A DNA stretch of 64,000 nucleotides from Rhodanobacter sp. (GTDB lineage: Bacteria; Pseudomonadota; Gammaproteobacteria; Xanthomonadales; Rhodanobacteraceae): NCBI GenBank assembly GCA_004298015.1, contig SCSE01000009.1, forward strand, positions 13,747-77,746, read 5' to 3'. Below are positions 60,840 to 64,000 of the stretch, piece by piece. A model generated the notes under the pieces. That model did not search any database. It was given only the letters and a program-made list of their open reading frames with translations, and had not been told where the DNA came from. The first letter of the stretch is position 1. Each line of letters opens with the position of its first letter. Both the position numbers and the translations under genes were made by a program.

Positions 60840-61586
60840 CTACACCGACAGCGTGCGGCCGCCGTCGACGCGAATGATCTGGCCGGTGACAAAGGTCGCA
60901 TCGCGCAATAGCCACAGCACGCTGCCGGCGATATCCTCGGGACTGCCGGCGCGCTGCAGCGGGGTGCGCGCCAGCAAGGCCTGCTGGTCGTCATGGGGCT
61001 TGCCGTCGCTGGGCCACAACACGGCGCCGGGGGCGATGCCGTTGACCCGTACCTGCGGCCCCAGCTCCAGTGCCAGCGAGCGGGTCATCGCACTCAGCGC
61101 CGCCTTGGCCATGCAGTACAGGGTGTGCCCCGCCAACGGGCGCTCGGCATAGATGTCCAGCAGGTTGACGATGCCACCGTGCGCTTCGCGCAGCGCCGGT
61201 ATCGCTGCCTGGCAGAGAAAAAATGGTGCCTGGGCATTGGAGGCGAACAGTTCGTTCCACTGCGCCGGGGTGACGGTACCCAGCGGTGTCGGGTAGAACG
61301 CCGAGGCGTTGTTGACCAGTGCGTCCAGTCGCCCGTAGTGCGCCAGCAACTGGTCGATCAGCCTCGGCAACGCCGGAAGTTCGGCCAGCTCGGCCTGTAG
61401 CAACAGCGTGCTGTGCGGGCGTTGCTGCTCCAGCTCGCACGCCAGCGCGTGCGCCTCCTCGGTGGCATGGCGGTAGTGCAACGCCAGGTCATAACCGGCG
61501 GCGTGCAGGGTGCGTGCGATGGCGGCGCCCACACGGCGACCGGCGCCGGTAATCAGCGCGACAGGTCGATCATGGCGTGACGTCAT
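60840..61586 (-). CDS. Pteridine reductase (SDR family, FolM/PTR1-like)
   Basis: 248 aa with ALITGAGRRVGAAIA, NNASAFYPTP and YCMAKAAL. Lies next to folB/folK. Confidence 0.7.
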   Translation of the reverse strand: MTSRHDRPVALITGAGRRVGAAIARTLHAAGYDLALHYRHATEEAHALACELEQQRPHSTLLLQAELAELPALPRLIDQLLAHYGRLDALVNNASAFYPTPLGTVTPAQWNELFASNAQAPFFLCQAAIPALREAHGGIVNLLDIYAERPLAGHTLYCMAKAALSAMTRSLALELGPQVRVNGIAPGAVLWPSDGKPHDDQQALLARTPLQRAGSPEDIAGSVLWLLRDATFVTGQIIRVDGGRTLSV

Positions 61587-61655
61587 GCGGTGGCTCCTGC
61601 GGCAGTCCAGCCTGAAGCTTGCCGCAATGCGGGCAAGGCGTCACCCGGCCATGGC

Positions 61656-62318
61656 TCACGCCGGCGTGGCCGGGGCAGGCCCGGATTCGGGTGATTCCGG
61701 CGTGGTGTCGTCCGGTACCGCCAGCACCTCACTGCTGAACAAGGCGATCGCAGTGCGTGCGACCTGCTCGGTGTCGTAGTAGGCATAGGCGCCCACGCCC
61801 AGCGCACCGACCAGCGGCAGCCAGCGCGACAGGCCTTCCTTGAGCGTGCGCCCGGTCAACTTGATGCCGATCTGCTCGGCCAGCCGTCGCGCGACACGCT
61901 GTGACATCGGTCGAAACAGCATCCGGTCGCCCATCTGCACCACCAGGTCGCGGAACGCCTGTGCCGCGGTATGCCGAAACAGGCACCACAGCATCTGTTC
62001 GCGGCCAAGGCGCGCATGTTGCCCGTAGCAGGCCGCGATATCGCTGACCAACTGGGCCTGGATTTTCCAGATCGCCGCCAGCTCGGGCAGCAGGGTCAGC
62101 CAACCCAGTGGCCCGGGCGGCAAGGCCAGCGAGCCGGCGGTGATGGCCGCCCGCTTGGCGGCGCTGCGGCCCAGTCGATGCGCTTCGATGCCCGGTTCGC
62201 GAGTGCTTCCGATCGCGCTGTCCGGCACCTGGCTGACGAAGTCGAGGATGGCCTGGGTGATCTTGCCGGGCTCCACGCTTTCGATCACTGCGGGAACCTG
62301 CGGCGTGGTCGATGTCAT
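61656..62318 (-). CDS. EcsC-family-like protein
   Basis: Starts MTSTTPQVPAV. The central segment ...LPPGPLGWLTLLPELAAIWKIQAQLVSDIAACYG... resembles the EcsC family. Tentative. Confidence 0.5.
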   Translation of the reverse strand: MTSTTPQVPAVIESVEPGKITQAILDFVSQVPDSAIGSTREPGIEAHRLGRSAAKRAAITAGSLALPPGPLGWLTLLPELAAIWKIQAQLVSDIAACYGQHARLGREQMLWCLFRHTAAQAFRDLVVQMGDRMLFRPMSQRVARRLAEQIGIKLTGRTLKEGLSRWLPLVGALGVGAYAYYDTEQVARTAIALFSSEVLAVPDDTTPESPESGPAPATPA

Positions 62319-62494
62319 GCGTTTCTCCTGTAAAACCGATGAAACGTCATCCCGCCGAGCCAAACGCCACCAGCCCGGGGCGGGAAGGGCTACAGGTTAC
62401 GTGATCCCCGGGGTCAGGGCGTGTCCGGTGCCTCCCGGCATGCGGCACGCTCCTGGCCGTGGTCAGCCACATGACTTGTGACGCATGCGCGTCA

Positions 62495-62517
62495 TGATTG
62501 TTATGTTATAACATTCC
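62495..62517 (+). promoter_or_regulatory. Zur/Fur-family-like operator candidate
   Basis: TGATTGTTATGTTATAACATTCC matches about 17 of 23 positions of the gammaproteobacterial Zur palindrome as I recall it (GAAATGTTATAATATAACATTTC). Lies 39 nt upstream of the receptor start and contains the perfect palindrome TGTTATAACA. Confidence 0.3.
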
Positions 62518-62555
62518 GCATCTTTTTCGTTCTCCACACTATCCGGGTCAACTTG

Positions 62556-64000
62556 ATGAAACGTTCCATGCTGGCCATGAGCCTGGCCGTCGTGCTCGGC
62601 TCTGCATCCGTCCATGCCACCGAGTCTGCGGTCCGCCCTGACGGCGGCGACGCCGGTGCCAGCCCCGCCGCGGCCCGCGGCAACCGCGACAAGCCGCCGG
62701 CGAAGACACGGACCCTCAGCGCCGTCGACGTGTCGGCCGCGCTGGATCAGTCGCGCAACGCCCTTTCCCCGGATACCGGCAGCAGTCAGTACGTGATCGA
62801 CCAGAAGGCGATAACACAATTGCCGCTGGGTGCCTCCACGCCGCTCAACCAGGTGCTGTTGCAGGCACCAGGCGTGGTGCAGGATTCCTACGGCGGCCTG
62901 CATGTGCGCGGGGATCATGCCAACCTGCAGTACCGCATCAATGGCGTGATCATCCCGGAATCGATCTCGGGCTTCGGCCAGACCCTGGATGCGCGCACGA
63001 TCGCCAACGTGAAGCTGCTCGATGGTGCGTTGCCGGCCCAGTACGGCTTGCGCACCGCGGCCGTGGTCGACATCACTACCAAGAGCGGCCATCAGCTAGG
63101 CAACGGCGGCAGCGTCGGCATCACCACCGGTGCGTACGGCACCTTCAATCCAAACGCATCGATCTGGGGCAGCAACGATCGCTGGAGCTGGTTTGTCACC
63201 GGCAACTACCTGCAAAACAACATCGGCATTGAGAACCCGACCCCAAGTCGTACGCCAATCCATGACCACACCAATCAGGTCAAGGGTTTCGGCAACATCT
63301 CCTACCTGCTCAACCAGGACACGCGCCTGAGCCTGATGTTCGGCGTGTCCAACAACCGCTTCCAGATCCCCAACAACCCCAACCAGACCCCGCAATTCGG
63401 CTATCTCAACACCACCGCCTTCAACTCGGCCGATCTCAACGAGCAGCAACGCGAGGCGACCCGCTTCGGCGTGCTTTCCCTGCAGGGAAAGCTGTCCGGC
63501 ACCGACTATCAAGTGTCGCTGGGGCAACGCTACAGCAGCCTCGATTTTTCCCCCGACAAGGCCGGCGACCTGATCTTCAACGGTCTCGCCTCGACCATCA
63601 GCCGCGGCAACCGTGCCAGCACCTTGCAGGCGGACTTTGCCACGCCGCTAGGCGACAACCACACCTTGCGTTATGGCCTCTACGGCAGTTTCGAGCGTGC
63701 CACCAGCGGCAACAATGCCTTCGTCTTTCCGGTCGACGCCAACGGCAATCAGGCCAGCACCACGCCGATCAACATCATCGACAACAACCAGTTCACCGCG
63801 AAGACCTGGTCGGCGTACGTGCAGGATGAGTGGAGCATCGGCGAGAACTGGACCGTCAACTATGGACTGCGCGGCGACCGCTACCAGCTGTTTCGCACCG
63901 AAAGCCAGCTCAGCCCCCGGCTCGGCGTGGTCTATCAGGCAAGCGCTACCACCACGGTACACGCCGGCTACTCACGCTACTTCACGCCGCCGGCCACCGA
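62556..64000 (+). CDS. TonB-dependent receptor (3' end outside the window)
   Basis: Not in the ORF track because no stop is reached. Starts MKRSMLAMSLAVVLGSASVHA, then plug motifs (LQAPGVVQDSYGGLHVRGDHANLQYRINGV, ...LDGALPAQYGLRTAAVVDITTK). The frame stays open to base 64000. Confidence 0.85.
   Translation, partial: MKRSMLAMSLAVVLGSASVHATESAVRPDGGDAGASPAAARGNRDKPPAKTRTLSAVDVSAALDQSRNALSPDTGSSQYVIDQKAITQLPLGASTPLNQVLLQAPGVVQDSYGGLHVRGDHANLQYRINGVIIPESISGFGQTLDARTIANVKLLDGALPAQYGLRTAAVVDITTKSGHQLGNGGSVGITTGAYGTFNPNASIWGSNDRWSWFVTGNYLQNNIGIENPTPSRTPIHDHTNQVKGFGNISYLLNQDTRLSLMFGVSNNRFQIPNNPNQTPQFGYLNTTAFNSADLNEQQREATRFGVLSLQGKLSGTDYQVSLGQRYSSLDFSPDKAGDLIFNGLASTISRGNRASTLQADFATPLGDNHTLRYGLYGSFERATSGNNAFVFPVDANGNQASTTPINIIDNNQFTAKTWSAYVQDEWSIGENWTVNYGLRGDRYQLFRTESQLSPRLGVVYQASATTTVHAGYSRYFTPPAT

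Noticed and set aside
62463-63092. A 209-aa minus-strand ORF listed in the ORF track.
   Set aside because: It is antisense to a clear TonB-dependent receptor reading frame that is missing from the track only because it runs off the window end.

Overview
High-G+C gammaproteobacterial chromosome segment. Gene content looks Xanthomonadales/Lysobacterales-like, but this is inferred and was not verified by any search. It is densely coded on both strands and mostly housekeeping. In order: the atpC tail and glmU; an ~11.4 kb aryl-polyene/xanthomonadin-type pigment cluster (3483-14866: XanB2-type chorismatase, ACP, two hot-dog dehydratases, acyltransferase, LolA-like protein, MMPL exporter, ketoreductase, KS plus short KS-like partner, GT2); then zapE, acpH, cytochrome c5, an mdtABC-type RND efflux operon, a SWIM-SNF2 helicase, icd directly followed by aceK, gpmA, hemF, hrpB and an M28 peptidase. 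Next comes a visibly lower-G+C accessory stretch (about 42.3-53.1 kb): a 2OG-oxygenase-like DUF protein, an Lrp regulator divergent from a TonB-dependent receptor, a secreted MetX-like hydrolase, a gamma-glutamyltransferase, and an autotransporter. The window ends with a flavoprotein, glutaminyl cyclase, dbpA, a folB / MscS-family channel gene / folK / pteridine-reductase neighbourhood, and a 3'-truncated second TonB-dependent receptor. I saw no rRNA, tRNA, CRISPR array, integrase, transposase or recognisable defence system. Structure not explained by genes: three families of GTAG/CTAG-headed palindromic REP/MITE-like elements sit exactly at gene ends, and two of them supply the TAG stop codon of the neighbouring gene. 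Other points worth a second look are a low-G+C single-cysteine DsbA/HCCA-isomerase-like gene embedded in the pigment cluster, the apparent absence of an aryl-ACP ligase from that cluster, and the Lrp-centred uptake/hydrolase locus. I did not find a convincing wholly new multi-gene system. All functional calls come from reading the translated ORFs for motifs and family resemblance, without database searches. G+C statements are by eye, not computed.
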